The translations under genes and the position numbers were made by a program. Below, piece by piece: positions 39,671 to 52,235 of a DNA stretch of 64,000 nucleotides (the stretch's first letter is position 1; each line of letters starts with the position of its first letter). The notes beneath the pieces are model-generated. The model was not told the origin of the DNA. It was given only the letters and a program-made list of their open reading frames with translations, and made no database searches. The stretch is from Octopus sinensis (taxonomy: Eukaryota), in contig NC_043007.1 of assembly GCF_006345805.1 (NCBI RefSeq), positions 1,054,001 to 1,118,000 of the forward strand. Direction: 5' to 3'.

Positions 39671-40449
39671 TTTACCATAGGCACATGACCTGAAATTTTG
39701 AGTGAATTTTGTTGAGACAAGTTTTGATGACGGAAACTGGGATAGCCCTTCAAATGCTTTGCTTTTCTTCTTTTTCTTTTCTTTGGAGTGGCCTGATGGA
39801 CATACTGCGACCAGGAACAGCGCAAGGAAGGGCTGGCGATAGGCAGTGTCCAACCTCAGATAAGTTTCCGTTCAAACCCAAGCGAGATTGTAAAGGAAGA
39901 CAAAAACCAACCTTAAAAAAAGGACGAATAATGGAAAGTTTCATGAATCACGTCGATTGGTATTTTATTTCAGAAGGGAATCTTCTTTTGTTTGAGTCAT
40001 TGAACTGAAACAAGAAAATCAGAAATGTGTACATTACACACACACACATACACACATATACGTACATAGATACATACATACATACATACATACATACATA
40101 CATACATACATACATACATACATACATACATACATACATACATACACATACTCTCTCTCTCGTCTTTCTTATTTCTCTCTTCCTCTCCTACTCTCTCTTT
40201 CTTACTCTCTCTCTCTCTCTCGTCTTCCTGTCGTTGTGTGTGTGTGTGTGTTTCTTAAACAATTGTTCAGCAAAAAGACCGATAGAATAAGTACTAGGCT
40301 TACAAAGAATAAGTCCTGGAGTCGATTTGGTTGACTAAAGGCGGTGCTCCAGCATGGCCACAGTCAAATGACTTGAAACAAGTAAAAGATTAAAGAGTAA
40401 AAGTAGGACAAAAATAAAGAACGAAAGAAAAAAAAACCACTTGCAGAAG

Positions 40450-40822
40450 AGAGTGTGTGCGTGTATGTGTATGTGTGTGCATGTGTGCTCATGTATGTGT
40501 GGAAGTGTGTGCATGCGTTGTGTGTGTGTGTGTGTGTCTGTGAGTGTATGTGTGTGTATGCGTGTGTGTGTGTATGTGCATGTGAATGCATGTGTGTGTG
40601 CATGTGTATGTGTGTGTGTGTTGTGTGCGTGTGTGCGGGTGTGTGCTCACGTGTGTGTATGTGTGTGTTTGTGTGTGAGTTTGTGTGTCTGTGTGTGTGT
40701 GTGTGCATGTGTGCGTGTGTGCGGGGGTGTGCTCACGTGTGTGTGTGTATGTGTGTGTTTGTGTGTGTGTATCTGTGTGCGTGTATGTGTTTTTGTGTGT
40801 GTGTATGTGTGTGTGTGTGTGT
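40450..40822. repeat. Degenerate (TG)n array
   Basis: Directly visible. Confidence 0.95.
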
Positions 40823-41194
40823 ATCTATTGAGCTCCACAGGCTTTTCTTCATCGCTTTCAATCTCCTTCCCTCTTCTTCTCTCTCATTCATTAAAAATTT
40901 ATCAGAATATGATTTCCTTCACCCCCCCCACACAGCTACTAAATTTTATCTAGGGTTTTTTTCATTATTTCTTCCACCCCCGCCTCTTCCTATTTCTTCC
41001 CCCCCTCAGTTTGTTACTGATTCCTGCCAAAAAACCCAAAACACCCCACAAAAATCGATCTCATTTTATGAGAGTTTAAAACATTTTCAGATCGATAATC
41101 AATCAATTATTTCTTTAAAAAAATTAATAATTATCTTGTTTATATGTTTTTTTAATAAAAAAAAAGAATTTAGACATACTTTCATAGATGCGTA

Positions 41195-41572
41195 CACTCA
41201 CACACTCACACACATACACACATAGATACATACATACATGCATATATACATACATAGACAAACACACACATGCACGCACATAGATATGCATACATGCATA
41301 CATACATACATATACATACATACATACATATATGCATATATACATACATACATACATACATATATAGATACATACATATGCATACATACATGCATACATA
41401 CATATATATGCATACATGTATATATATACAACCATATACATGCATACATACATTCATACATACATATGCATACAATCATATATACATACACACATATATA
41501 TGCATACATACATATATACATACATATGCATACATGCTTATATACACACATATGCATAAATACATACATACA

Positions 41573-41606
<34 letters not shown>

Positions 41607-41700
41607 CATACACACATATACATACATACATATGCATAAATACATACATACGTATGCATACATACACCCATACATACTTACACACACACACATGTATACA
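41195..41700. repeat. Degenerate (CATA)n array
   Basis: Directly visible. Confidence 0.95.
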
Positions 41701-42205
41701 TATTGGTGGAGGCAGCAATTGGTATTGCATGACTAGAAGTAGCAGCCAAATATACCTCAAACTATATCCTGCTATCACAAAAAAAAAAATATGGACACAT
41801 TTGGATAACGTAGTCTTAAATTTATTGTGTATAATGAAATAAAGATGGAATGCTCACGGATGGAAGGTTTGGTTTTTGTTCTTTTCATTTTAGTTCAGTT
41901 CATCCAAAGTTCATCTGGAATCTAAAGAACAAAGAATACAACAACAACAACAATTTCAAAAACGACCGCACTAACAATAGTGACACCAGCAGCAACAACA
42001 ACAACAATAACAAGAACAGGGTAATGGGAGTGTTTCGCAACAACAACAACAATAAACCGCTGCAGTGGAAACTTACAGACTCATTGCTTTCAAAATATCA
42101 ATTTTAAGATGTTTAAGAGATGCCAATTAGGAGTCTTGTAACAATTACGCCGCTGCTGCTACTGCTGCTACTTCTATTGCTGCTGCTGTTGGTGCTGCTG
42201 CTGTT

Positions 42206-42570
42206 GAGCGAACGGTCTTTGTCCCAGAGCTCGCAAGATGGGAGAAGTCCAAAACGTGGTCCTTTGCTATTCGTAAGACCCGCAGAAGAGAAAGCAGGTC
42301 AACCCCCGACACCGAGAGCATCGACGGATGGATGAATGCGCATCCAGGCTCAGCAGTTGCGTAGGAAGTCGGGGACAAGAAACAGGAAGAAACAGTGAGA
42401 GAAAGTTGGAGTGAAAGAGTACAAAAGGGGTCGCCACCACGCCCTGCCGGAGCCTCGTGGAGCTTTAGGTGTTTTCGCTCAATAAACACACACAACGCCC
42501 GGTTGGGGAATCGAAACCGCGATCCTCCGACCGCGAGTCCGCTGCCCTAACCATTGGGCCATTGCGCCTC
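42206..42570 (-). mobile_element. tRNA-derived SINE family D
   Basis: Paralog of 8393-8719 with CpGs intact; embedded in (CTG/TTG)n. Confidence 0.9.
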
Positions 42571-43777
42571 CTGCTGTTGTTGCTGCTGTTGTTGTTCCAA
42601 CAGTTCTATGATCAAAGTATTAGAAATTCCTAGTCTTGAAATTTCCAAGGTTTTCTTCCGACGTAATCTACCTTGGATTACATTATTGACTGTAATAGTA
42701 GAATGTGACTTGAGAGAAAGTTTTGTGCTATTTCCAGCCGGTCGAAGAATCTGGAGAAGCAAACATCCCTGTTGGAATTCGAACCCACGATCTTTGCATT
42801 AGAAGTATTTGCTGTCCGCCCCACTCACCTCTCTCTCAAATCTCAAGCTGCTTTAAAAGGAAAAGAAGGACCTATTGGATAACGTAGTCCTTAATATGTT
42901 AAGCTTGGATGGTCACGACTGGAACCCTTTTGATTATAGATCTGTTCCATCTTAGTCAACCTCTGGTTAAAACAATTACATCATCATCATCATCATCATC
43001 ATCATCAGCATCATCATCATCATCATCATCGTTATCTTCATCAGCCTCCTCCTCTCCCTTCTTCTACTCATCATCCTCATCCTCATCGTGGTCGTCGTCA
43101 GCCTCCTCCCCTTTTCCCTCCTCCTCCTCCTCCTCAACAACAACTACAACTACCAGTTTTAAAAAATTTTTCTTTCCTCGAGGAAGAGGCTTTTCCCGAA
43201 ACGTTAGAATCCACGCTAAGGTGGTAAAGTTACTAAAGTACTTAGAGCGTTGGATAAGACGCCGAGAAAGTATTTATTCTATCTCTTTGAGCTCTGCGTT
43301 CAAATCTTGCCGAGCTCAACGCCATCATTTATTCTTTTGAGATCAATAATTATAATAAAAACGCCAATCCAGGGCGGCGTATTGGCAGAAGTGTTAGTGT
43401 ACCGGACGTGATGCGTTGCGACGTCTATTCCGGCACTTTTCGTTTTAACAAGTAACCCGTGGGATGACACTGGTGATAAATCGTATCGTTTATAAAGCGA
43501 CGGCCTTTTCCATTGGCTTTTCCATCGGTGGCTTGGAAAGAGAAGACTTGCGCACGTGGCCAATGCCAGTTTTCTTATAAAGAAATATGTTCCCAATGCC
43601 TACAAATGCAGGGGTGGATAAATGATATAAAGTTATCAACTCCGACTGGCGGACACCTCCAGACGCCTCTTTTCACCACGGCACTCAATCTTATTTGATT
43701 CTGTTAACTGTGCTCATTGAAAGAATGGGAATCTTGCATGATACCCCGTCCCGAACGGCCGCATATTATTTTGTAAA

Positions 43778-44460
43778 GGCGCATGGCTCAGTGGTTAGAA
43801 CATCGGGCTCACAATCATGAGGTAGCGAGTTCGATTCCCGCATCGGGCTGTGTGTTATGTCCTTGAACAAGACACCGATCGAAGTCGTCTTAGGTGTGTG
43901 GCTGTGTGATAAGAAGCTTGCTTCCCTACCACATGGTTCCGGGTTCAGTCCCATTGCGTGGCACCTTGGTCAAGTGTCTTCTATTGTAGCCTAAGGAAGA
44001 CCAAAACCTTATGAGAGGATTCGGTAGACGGAAACTGAAAGGAACCCGTCGTATATATATATATGTGTGTGTGTATATGTACGTATATATATTTGTGTGT
44101 GTGTCTGTGTTTGTCCCCCCCCCATCGCTTGACAACCGATGTTGGCGTGTTTACGTCCCCGCAACATTGCCTTTCGGCAAAAGAGAACCAATAGAATAAG
44201 TAATAGGCTTACAAAGTCCTGGGGTCGATTTGTTATTTCACGTTGCTCCAGTTCACTCACCTGTAGAAATGAGTTACGACGTCACTGGTGCCAAGCTGTA
44301 TCGGCCCCTTTGTCTTTCCCTTGGATAACATCAGTAGCATGGCGAGAGATGGCTGGTATGCATAGTCGACTGTTGGTCTTCCATAAACAACCTTGCCAGG
44401 AGGGTAATTTTGTAGGTGCAATCCCATGGCCATTTATGACCGAAAGGGTCTTTACCTTTT
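43778..44460 (+). mobile_element. tRNA-derived SINE family E split by a family-A SINE (43893-44230)
   Basis: Head GGCGCATGGCTCAGTGGTTAG..GAGTTCGATTCCC..CCTTGAACAAGACAC; body resumes at about 44232 (TTATTTCACGTTGCTCCAG). Related fragment at ~51985-52205. Confidence 0.75.
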
Positions 44461-45021
44461 ATTCATTGAAAACTGATATCAGGTTCATATCAAAAATAAT
44501 CTATCCTGGGTAGCCATATGAACCAAGAACTACCTGTTTCGCTGTTGGGCGACTGAACCAGCAACACAAGGGTAAGATCTCATCCCTGTGTGTGTGGAGG
44601 GAGATGAACACCTTGATAAGAGAGAAAATAAAATGGCAATGTCTCTCTACAAGGGTGGATAAACCCAAGAAGGAGTTAATAGCCAAACATCAAACCTACG
44701 AAATAAAACGGAGCTCTGCTTTAGGTTTTTGAAGCTAATCCAACATTGCTGAGTTTCTTGGCAACACCTGAACGCCATTATTTCCGTCTATGCTCGTCTG
44801 TCTGCCTGCCTGTGTGTGTCTGTCTCACCCTCTCTCTCCCCTCTTTTGCTCTCCCCCCTCTCTCTCCCTCTCGCAGACCTATAAATCTTACCTTTCCTCT
44901 AATAAACCCAGGCATGAGAAACCTTTTGATAAGTATGAAGAGGCATGCAAAGAGATCGAATTAGATCGAGACAGTATTCGACGATTCACAGGCGTTCTGA
45001 ACCAAGTTCTGCGTTTTAAAC

Positions 45022-45217
45022 TCTTACGCTTTTACTTGTTTCAGTCATTTAACTGCGGCCATGCTGGAGCACCACCTTTAGTCGACATATTCTTTGTAAG
45101 CCTAGTACTTATTCTATCGGTCTCTTTTGCCGAACCGCTAAGTTACGGGGACGTAAACACACCAGCATCGGTTGTCAAGCGTAGACTCACACACACCACA
45201 CACACACACACATACAC

Positions 45218-45254
<37 letters not shown>

Positions 45255-45423
45255 ACAGTACGACAGGCTTCTTTCAGTTTCCGTCTACCAAATCCACTCA
45301 CAAGGCTTTGGTTGGCCTGAGGCTATAGCAGAAGACACTTGCCCAAGGTGCCACGTAGTGGGACTGAACCCGGAACCATGTGGTTCGTAAGCAAGCTACT
45401 TACCACACAGCCACTCCTACGCT
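45022..45423 (-). mobile_element. SINE family A
   Basis: Near full-length match to other copies. Confidence 0.92.
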
Positions 45424-45699
45424 TTTCTTCTAGATGTTTCTCTGAAACGTGCCGTACACAATATAAATATAATACACACCGTTTTTTTTATCCAATGCTA
45501 TTTCAAGTGCATGTATTACTTCAAAACTAAGCAAAATAAAATAAAAAAAACTTAAAAGATTTAGCTTTGTCTACTGAGCCGGATATCTTTCACTTCGCTT
45601 GTCTCTGGCCTTCTTTGTATTGCTAGTGTTGTGTAGGCCAGACTTGACTTAAAACTCTTGTGTGTGTGTGTGTGTTCTATTTTTAAAAATTATTATAAA

Positions 45700-46204
45700 T
45701 CTTAATTTAATTATTATAAATCTTCCACTGAAGAGGGAGCCGGCTTCCAATAAAGATACAAGGCTCCATGTCTGAGATGTTAACACAGACATATTCACAT
45801 TTGGAACTTGAGAAAAGTCTTGCATATTTTTACTGTTCCACTCAAAGACTGGACTTGTAATGTATGAAATAGCCAGTCGATTTCGCTTTCTGAAAACCCC
45901 AGTTTATCCAGATTCTCCTTTAAGCATTTACTAACAAAACCTAGTGCTCCAATTATTATTGGTATGAATATGAATTCATAGTCTGGATATAGAAGCTGGA
46001 AGTTCCGAAGCAGTTGTTCATAGATAACCTCTTTTTCTTCGATTTTCAAAGACATATTTATATCTGCAGGGCAGCTAACCCCTATGATGGTACACCCCTT
46101 GCCCCCTCTATCCCAAACAACAATATCCGGCCTGTTATGTTTACATTTTTACAGAAGTTTTGATGGGAATATTCCATCAGTATTCCTTGAGTTGGTGCTA
46201 ATGA

Positions 46205-46205
<1 letters not shown>
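45700..46205 (-). mobile_element. 5'-truncated RLE-type (R4/NeSL-like) non-LTR retrotransposon, second family
   Basis: KCKHNRPDIVVWD..IIGVSCPADINMSLKIEEKEVIYEQL..IPIIIGALG..KTFLKFQM*; the 5' junction abuts (CATA)n. Confidence 0.85.
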
Positions 46206-46235
<30 letters not shown>

Positions 46236-46320
46236 TGTTATGTATGTATGTATGTATGTATGTATGTATGTATGGGTGTGTGTGTATGTGTGTATGTACG
46301 TATATGTGCGTGTGTATGTA

Positions 46321-46532
46321 TGGTACTTATTATATCGGTTACTTTTGCCAAACCGCTTGCTTACGGAGACGTAAAAATAAACCAACACCCGACAAGATTT
46401 TATCTGCTCACAATCAAGATATTTATTCTATCGGTCTCTTTTGCCGAACCGCTAAGTTACGGGGACATAAACACACCAGCATCGGTTGTCAAGCGATGTT
46501 GGGGGACAAGCACACACACACACACACACACA

Positions 46533-46591
<59 letters not shown>

Positions 46592-46738
46592 ACGGGTTTC
46601 TTTCAGTTTCCATCTACCAAATCCACTCACGAGGCTATAGTAGAAGACACTTGCACAAGGTGCCACGCAGCGGGACTGAACCCGGAACCATGTGGTTAGT
46701 AAGCAAGCTACTTACCACACAGCCACTCCTACGCCTCC
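46321..46738 (-). mobile_element. SINE family A (with an adjacent partial older copy)
   Basis: Family-A sequence match. Confidence 0.88.
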
Positions 46739-47123
46739 TATATATATAATGAAAATAACAATAAGAATACAAAAAGAAAACTCAATAGTGAAAAGAGAAA
46801 GTAGTAAGACAAGTCTAGAACTGATATCGTGGATGAAAGAAGTTACAAGAGATCTTGTGTTTATTTTTGTCGTTGTTTTGTTGCTGTGTCACTGAAATTC
46901 CGACAAGAGAGAGTAAGAGAGAAAACGAGCGAGTGAGAGAGAAAATTAGTTTAAAAGCGAGGCTGTATGAATCGGGAAGATTTCGGCTCGCCTTACATTG
47001 GCAAGTCTCTAGGAAATATGTTGTCGTGGCGCTCCGTCGGTTACATCGACGAGGGTTCCAGTTGATCCGGTCAACAGAACAGCCTGCTGCTCGTGAAATT
47101 AACGTATAAGTGGCTGAGCACTC

Positions 47124-47755
47124 TTTATGTGTAGTAATGCCCTCTGTATAATATAAATAAATATATTTAAGGGAAAAAATTGGTGGATTTTTTTCTCTTA
47201 TGAGGTTTTTCACGCTGATTACTTGATAAATTGTTATAAAGATTTTATCCTATTTTCAAATTGTAAATTTAACCGGAGTATATTCAGTACTGAATTTTTA
47301 TTCCGAATAAGCACGTTGTTACCGAAATGCAATTCGAAAAGCCTGCCATTTACATAGATGTATAAGGGGTGAACACTTCTATATACTACGTTGGTTGTTC
47401 GTCTGGTATGTTGATTTTGTTCATTCATTATAAATCTTGAATTATGCTTGCACTGATGAGTAAAGAGTGCACTATTGCACTGATTACGAAATCACAGTGA
47501 TCTTCAGCTAAATTCTGTTTTTAAATGACTTGCTTCATTTTAAAGAGTTGCATTCGGTACGATGTGTTTATTTATTTTAGTAGTTTTGACTTTAAGAGTC
47601 CCTCCTAGCGTGTGGCATTTATGTGTAGTAATGCCCTCTATATAATATAAATAAATATATTTAAGTGAAAAAATTGTTGGAATTTTTTCTCTTATGAGGT
47701 TTTTCACGCTGACTACTTGATAAATTCTTATAAAGTTTTTATCTTATCTTTAAAT
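47124..47755 (+). mobile_element. PLE pLTR/retrozyme-like unit: ~140-bp direct repeats with a 494-bp period enclosing a hammerhead
   Basis: TTTATGTGTAGTAATGCCCTC starts at 47124 and at 47618; the hammerhead lies between them. Confidence 0.75.
47446..47508 (+). ncRNA. Type I hammerhead ribozyme
   Basis: UGCA CUGAUGA GUAA..GUGCA..UGCAC..UUAC GAAA UCAC A GUGA UC UUCA. Canonical core, AUC triplet, one mismatch in stem I. Confidence 0.8.
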
Positions 47756-47860
47756 ATATGTATATATAAATTAATATAGACAACCGTGTGCAATGTTTTA
47801 CTAAAAAGAAAAGCTATAATTGTCGCTAAATATGACTAGGGTGTTAGAATATTATGACGC

Positions 47861-48074
47861 ACAGAATGCTTTCACCTCAATGGACGTCAGCGATTGGTCA
47901 AAATTGCCGAAATGCAAGAAACTTTAGACGAAATATGTTACAAACTATAGAATTTTCTCAACAAAGCCAAGAGAAAAAGATGTTTTATAAACACATTCTA
48001 CCAGTATACGAAGTTTAAAATTTTTTAGTTACCTAGAAATTGTTACAAACTGCCGTTGAAACCGAAAAGATCCC
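47861..48074. mobile_element. One arm of the fold-back MITE family seen at 51472-51954
   Basis: Homologous to 51736-51954; ends GAAAAGATCCC. Confidence 0.8.
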
Positions 48075-48864
48075 ATTAGGATTATTGTATACATATGAAC
48101 AGACAGGGAGCATAATTGCCCGAAAACACCGGTCGAGAATTCCCTATACGGATCGGTCAGTTTCGGCTAATTCCGTTATATATAGGCAAAGTTAACTTCG
48201 GTGGGATTCGAACTTAGAACATAAAGTGCAAGGCCAAATATATTTGTTGCAATGATTGTTCTGTCAATCCATTGATCTCCTTCACCTCTTCCCTAGCGGT
48301 CAGTTAACCCACTTATTCAACTGAATAAACTTAGTTTTGTTAAGTTGTCATTAGTAAGGCTGCACTGCAACGCAATTGTATTATTTTTACCTATTGTTTG
48401 TGACACTCGACACTTCTCACACGCAATGTTATAACATTTTAAATGACCGCCAGACGACAAATATAATTAACGAAATAAATTTAAAGAGTAACGCAGACGA
48501 CAAAAAGTAACAAAATATACTTTTACGCTATCAGCTTACAAGGACAGCCAGAAAACTGCAGAAAATCGGGAAAATAAGAGCTAAACAATTGAATGCTTTG
48601 TGCAATGATTATCGTTGTTCTTTCATTAATCTTTTTCTCATTTATTCCTCTTTATTCCTACGTAAGTAAAGAGATACCAAAATGGCAAATGCATAGTTGC
48701 CATTAGAGATACAGACAAAACAAGAGGTAACAAGTGTCTACGAGGGTTTTGCAGGGAAGTGAACGGGTAGAATTGTTACGGTGTTAAGGGAAAAAAACCC
48801 ATTTCTTGTGGTATTTGTTCCGATTCATTACGTTCTAGAGTCAAATCATACCGTGGTCAAACTT

Positions 48865-50092
48865 CGGCTGTGGAGAGGTGCTGTTGGAAGGCCACATGTG
48901 TGTGGCAGCAGGATTCGGCTCCTTGCCATAATACCGGAAAGAATCGGAAGTGGTTGTCGGAGAATTTCTACGATTTTACCGACCCCAATTTCTGGCGCCC
49001 TAAGCCTCCGATTGTAATTCCCTGGATTGCTATGGGTGGACGCACTCAGAACCCCTGCTGTGTTTCTTACTGCTGCTTACTGCTTCATAGTCTTCGTGTC
49101 ATAGTTCATGTCACATCTTGCAGCCATTTTAGTGTTTGCAGAGCATTTTTGAGCAGCAGTCGTTATGATGTCAGCTTTTTGATACCTGGCGCGAATCATC
49201 ACCATACAAGTAACTCTTTTCCAATATTCGGATGACTTCTAGCTCCCCATGTGTGAGCAAACTGTTTCTCAACTACAACTATATTATTGGTTTGTCCGGA
49301 AAGTTCGTGCCGAATTATTGTAGCTTACCTTCCGATTTATTTTAGAACATGGTTGAGTCCATAAAATAGGATTTGACTACACCTCCATTTAGAGCACAGT
49401 TTAAGCTATCTTTTCGTGGAAGAAGGTTTATGTTCCTATAACCTGTGTTAATTCTGTAACCCTTTAAAATGAAAGATAAGAAAGTTCATTTTCGGCACTT
49501 GATGCTTTGGGAACCAGACAAAAATTGCTGCAGCTCGGCTGGGATGTGTTACCCCACCCTCCATATTCACCAGATATTACTCCTTCAGATTTCCACTTAT
49601 TGAGGTCTCTGTAGAATAGTCTTAATGGTAAAAATTCAATTCCTTGGATGACGTAAAAAGATACCTTGATGAATTCTTTGCCATGAAACCACCTCAATTC
49701 TGGGAAGAGGGTATTTTCAGTTAAAGGAAAGATGGAGACGCATTGTACCACAAAATGGTTCATATTTGGTTGATTAAAAATGTGATGGCAAATATTTATT
49801 GACCTTTTTCTTTCCTTTAAAAATTGGCACGAACTTTCCGGACAACCCAGTATTTATGCTCTTCAACGCCGTTAACTGTACGCCAAGACATTGAGCTGTT
49901 CCTGAATAAATCGTTAAGTTTAGTCCGAATACCCTGGAAGGCATGATGTATAGATGTTGAGAAAGGCACCAACCGCTTAGCCTGTACTACCAAGGCCGAG
50001 CTAGTGGCCAAAATCAAGGTGTTTGTTGATCTTCGTCAGGTTTCGGAGCCGTCTTGAGGCCATGGTGGAAGTTGAGGGTGGATACTTTGAGT
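48865..50092 (+). pseudogene. maT-like (DD37D) transposase relic interrupted by a ~900-bp nested insertion
   Basis: VWQQDSAPCH..WLSENFYDF..NFWRP..PDCNSLD has 37 residues between the Ds after one frameshift repair. It resumes near 49955 (EKGTNR..TKAELVAKIK..RFRSRLEAMVEVEGGYFE). Confidence 0.8.
49287..49850 (+). mobile_element. Complete non-autonomous mariner deletion derivative (564 bp)
   Basis: TA TSDs; TIRs TTGGTTTGTCCGGAAAGTTCGTGCC / GGCACGAACTTTCCGGACAACCCAG; WDVLPHPPYSPDITPSDFHL motif. Confidence 0.93.
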
Positions 50093-50134
50093 TAATTATT
50101 ATCACTCGGCCAAAATCTAGTTGATATACACTCT

Positions 50135-50535
50135 ATCTTTTACTACTTTACTTGTTTCAGTCATTTGACTGCGGCTATGCTGGAGCACTGCCTTTAGTCG
50201 AGCAAATCGACCCCAGAACTTAGTACTTATTCTATCGATCTCTTTTTCCGAACCGCTAAGTTACGGCGACATAAACACACCAGTATCGGTTGTCAAGCGA
50301 TGTTGGGGGGGGGACAAACACAGGCACACAAACACACACACACACACACACATATATACATATACATGTATACACATATACAACGGGTTTCTTTCAGTTT
50401 CCGTCTACCAAATCCAGTTTGGTCAGCCCGAGGCTATAGTAGAAGACACTTGCCCAAGGTACAATGCAGTGGGACTGAACCCGGAACCATGTCATTCGTA
50501 AGCAAGCTACTTACCACACAGCCACTCCTGCGCCT
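50135..50535 (-). mobile_element. SINE family A
   Basis: Family-A match with small deletions. Confidence 0.9.
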
Positions 50536-50865
50536 ATGTTTTTGAATTTTTACAAATATTTTTATCTTTGGATAGGATACTGTATTTTATTTTCCTTTTA
50601 TGGAAACTGGAAAATCTAGCCCGATCTAAACAGCTGCACTGTTTCTCAGAAACTGATGTCTCAGGTTTCATGCAAACGTGCAATCGTCAGCGAAGTATAA
50701 AGCAACATTTTCGGCTGGCATATCTTTCTTTTTGTGTTCCATTGTTAGAGTTTAAATTACCAATTTGCAGGTGCACCGGACAGAAACACATCGTCCAGTA
50801 ATGGAATGGAAACCATCAGAGTGAAATTGCAGTCGTTTTGGTGAAAGTATGTCTATTGTGAATAT

Positions 50866-51047
50866 ATGGTGGTAGTGGTTGTGGCGGTGTTGGTGTTGTT
50901 GTTGGTGTTGTTGTTGGTGGTGTTGGTGTTGTTGTTGGTGGTGGTGTTTTTGTTGTTGTTGATGGTGTTGGTGGTGGTGGTAGTGGTGGTGGTGTTGATG
51001 GTGGTAGTGTTGGTGATGGTGGTGATGGTGGTTGTGGTGTTGGGGTG
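50866..51047. repeat. (GGT/GTT/GAT)n trinucleotide array
   Basis: Directly visible. Confidence 0.95.
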
Positions 51048-51471
51048 GTCAGAAAGGACGATTTTCATTTTGAAAATGTCTTAAAAATGCCGATCTATTC
51101 GTGTTATGATATACTCATTTATTAAGGTTGCGTTGGATTGATTGCCTCACGGTATTTGTTTCAACTCCTTGAATTCTGAATTCAAATTCCACGAAAGTTA
51201 ACCTTACCTTACATCTTCTCGGACTCTTTACAAAAGGTACCATTCCCGACCGAGGGGCGAGTGGCGTGAGTGTTTGAAAAATTAGGCAAGACGCTTTTCA
51301 AGTACAGGGACCAAATCGATTTTCCAGAGCGTTTGGTTTCAAACCATTTCGGGATTATTAACTTTTTCGGAGCCAGGGGAGGACACCTATTCAACACATG
51401 ATAAATTAAACATTAAATTGTCTTGCCTAATCAAAAGAAATACAGTAATTAGTAAATTAGTCCGGATTATA

Positions 51472-51954
51472 TAAAATAATTTCTATGTAACTAAACACTT
51501 TTAAACTTCGTATACTGGTAAAATGTGTTACATAAAACATCTTTTTCTCTTGGCTTTCTTGAGAAAATTCTGTAGTTTGAAAGCTATTTGTTTAATTTCT
51601 TGCATTTCGGCAATTTCAACCAATCAGTGACGTCTATTGAGGTGAATACAATTTCTGCCGTAAACATTTTCTGGCGGTGTCATATCAATGTCACTATTAT
51701 TTATGACATATTTCACCGCCAGAAAACGTTTACAGCAGAAATTGTATTCACCTCAACAGACGTCATTGATTGGTTGAAATTGCCAAAATGCAAGAAATTA
51801 AACAACAAATAGCTTACAAACTACAGAATTCTCTCAAGAAAGCCAAGAGAAAAAGATGTTTTATGTAACACATTCTACCAGTATACGAAGTTTAAAAGTG
51901 TTTAGTTACATAGAAATTATTTTAAAAATCTGCCGGTCAAAGTGAAAAGATCCT
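51472..51954. mobile_element. Fold-back MITE with ~210-bp inverted arms
   Basis: 51472-51679 is the near reverse complement of 51714-51924. Right terminus ..GAAAAGATCCT; left terminus missing. Confidence 0.88.
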
Positions 51955-52235
51955 TCTGGACTATTAGTGTCTGGAGAGTCGGTGCTGCACCTGTACAAGT
52001 TCCGGTTCATTGCGTTCTGACAGCAACGCCTCTGACGATACTGGTGCCAAGCAGTATCGACCTTCCCTTTCGTATGGACATCATCAGTGGCATGGAGAGA
52101 AGAGACTTGCATACATGGCAACCGCTGATCTTCCTCTAAAACCTTATCAGCCCCTGCACAAAGATGTACCGACACATGGTCAACCTGGATCGAGAAAGGG
52201 GTCTCTGGTAATGTTTTCTTGTATTTTTCTTGATA

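Noticed and set aside
40441-41842. Long ORFs up to 256 aa (CV-, YI- and HT-rich)
   Set aside because: Translations of (TG)n and (CATA)n microsatellites; no domain content.
43778-43850. tRNA-like sequence with A and B boxes
   Set aside because: SINE head that continues into a SINE body; no complete cloverleaf acceptor stem. The same applies to the other SINE heads.
45725-45755. CTGAAGA followed by a GGAGCC/GGCTTCC hairpin
   Set aside because: No GAAA after the stem; it lies antisense in a retrotransposon 3'UTR.
50635-50696. Minus-strand CTGACGA..TGCA/TGCA..GAAAC
   Set aside because: Stem II closing pair and stem III register are mismatched.
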